NCBI GenBank assembly: GCA_963693365.1
Contig: CAVNZM010000015.1
Coordinates: 2,232,001 to 2,296,000, forward strand
Reading direction: 5' to 3'
Length of the DNA stretch: 64,000 nucleotides
DNA from: Amoebidium appalachense
Lineage: Eukaryota; Protista; Ichthyosporea
The translations under genes and the position numbers were made by a program. Below are positions 62,689 through 64,000 of the stretch, one piece after another. The notes under the pieces are model-generated. The model was not told where the DNA came from, made no database searches, and saw only the letters and a list, made by a program, of their open reading frames with translations. Numbering within the stretch: the stretch's first letter is position 1; each line of letters opens with the position of its first letter.

Positions 62689-63418
62689 ACTGACGAGACT
62701 GCAGTGTTGGGACGGCTGCAGGGACGGACTCTGGCTAGATTTCTGCGCACAGCCGTGGGCCTGGCCAAGGACATACCGGACTGGGAGGAGACGGAGGAGA
62801 TGCAGGTGGGTGGTTGGGCAGAGGGGGGGGGGGGGGGGGGGTGTTTATGGGACCTGACGGGCATGCAGGGGGAAACACTGCCGCAACAAGTGGATCTATT
62901 GGGGGCATTTGTGGAGGGAGTGGGGGCAGCAGCACGGGGCATGGCTGGGCAGGAGGGGGCAGGGGAGTGCTGGCTGGTGGCCGCGGACTATCTGCTGTGG
63001 CTGCTGGACACGGCGGTGGGCCCGGTGCCCACAACACACAGTGGGTGGCCCCCTGGACCCTGCATGGTCTGTGCTTAGCGCATGCCCTGGCCACTGCTCT
63101 TTCCTTTATATGCGGCTCATGGCACCCTGTGTGTGGCCAGGGTGTGTGCCTTGCACTTGGTGGTGACTGGGGGCATGCAGGGACGGCTGTGGCGTTGGCA
63201 CCGCTAGCCATGGTAGGTGGCTGCCATGTGGGTGCGCATGCACGTGCTGGGGCTCACACACAGCCAGGCCCAGCTGGGGGGGCTGGGGGTTGGCCCAGAC
63301 GTGCTGCTGCGCTATGCCCGCTGGAAGGAGGCACCGGGGCATGTGCCCTGCCACCCACTCCTTGCCCAGGACAGAGGCACGTGCTAGCCCCCACCCCCCT
63401 CCCTAACTCCCGGCCCTC

Positions 63419-63451
<33 letters not shown>

Positions 63452-64000
63452 CCCCAACACACACACACACACACACATGCACACTTCTGCGGCTGTCGCC
63501 ACCACCACCACCACTGTAAACATTTTAGCACCTTGATGGTTTATGCTAGTGACACGAATTCATTTTGCCTTTTTTCATTTTATTTATTTTGATTCTGAGG
63601 ACAACATTAGTGCCTATGTTCCCGGAACAGATGGTTGTGGATAGTTCTGCCATAACATACAAGGCAAACACTCTGAAACAGCCATGCAAGAACCACCCAC
63701 AAGCATGCTTCTACGACTCATATGCTGGGACCTGACAGGGGACGGACTGAGTGTGTGCGGGGTGGCTGTGGGTCTGCACTGGGCGCTGGGCACCCCCACT
63801 GTGGGCATGGGCTGGCCCCAGGTGTTGGCACCCAGCCACCGGGCATGGCTGGGCCTGCCCTATGCAAGAGCCCTGCTGCTGGGGTATGCCCCTGGGCCAT
63901 GCATGTGTGGTCACAGGCCACTACTCCTTGGTTCGAGTCGGGTTACCCCCCTGGTTGGACCTCTCACACCCTCACACCCGCCCAGGTCTGGGGTGGGTGC
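61676..64000 (+). CDS. Probable glomulin/ALF4/Ybp-family helical-repeat protein, 5' part only (truncated by the window)
   Basis: Exons ~61676-61732, 61879-61995, 62293-62385, 62473-62593, 62705-62805, 62869-63015, and more beyond. The spliced peptide ...VDAAMDL...PCWLALLQMLSRVGHAREVYMGLVEGL... resembles the family's WDL...C..LL..IA..G.PKE....LE.L motif. Confidence 0.5.

Overview
Intron-rich eukaryotic genomic DNA in the standard genetic code. Introns are packed with poly-G/poly-C tracts, (GT)/(CA) microsatellites and minisatellites, so most of the six-frame ORF track is repeat noise. Hand-splicing GT-AG exons with consistent phases gives nine gene models: (1) a 22-exon, ~860-aa gene (798-19188) with a low-complexity N-terminus and a phage-type HhH DNA-glycosylase-like domain; (2) JTB; (3) a six-finger C2H2 protein; (4) HSDL2; (5) single-chain NAD(P) transhydrogenase NNT (minus strand); (6) an intronless zinc-knuckle + 6xC2H2 protein (minus); (7) MICOS MIC26/MIC27 (APOO/APOOL-like) with a large acidic insert; (8) an AP1AR/gadkin orthologue (minus); (9) a probable glomulin/ALF4-family gene that runs off the window end. 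A TTAA-flanked piggyBac-type non-autonomous element lies in an intron of gene 1. The gene set suggests a holozoan, possibly a unicellular one (inference). The most interesting item is gene 1, which looks like a virus/phage-type DNA base-processing enzyme domesticated as a spliced nuclear gene. All family assignments rest on motifs recalled from memory; no database search was run.
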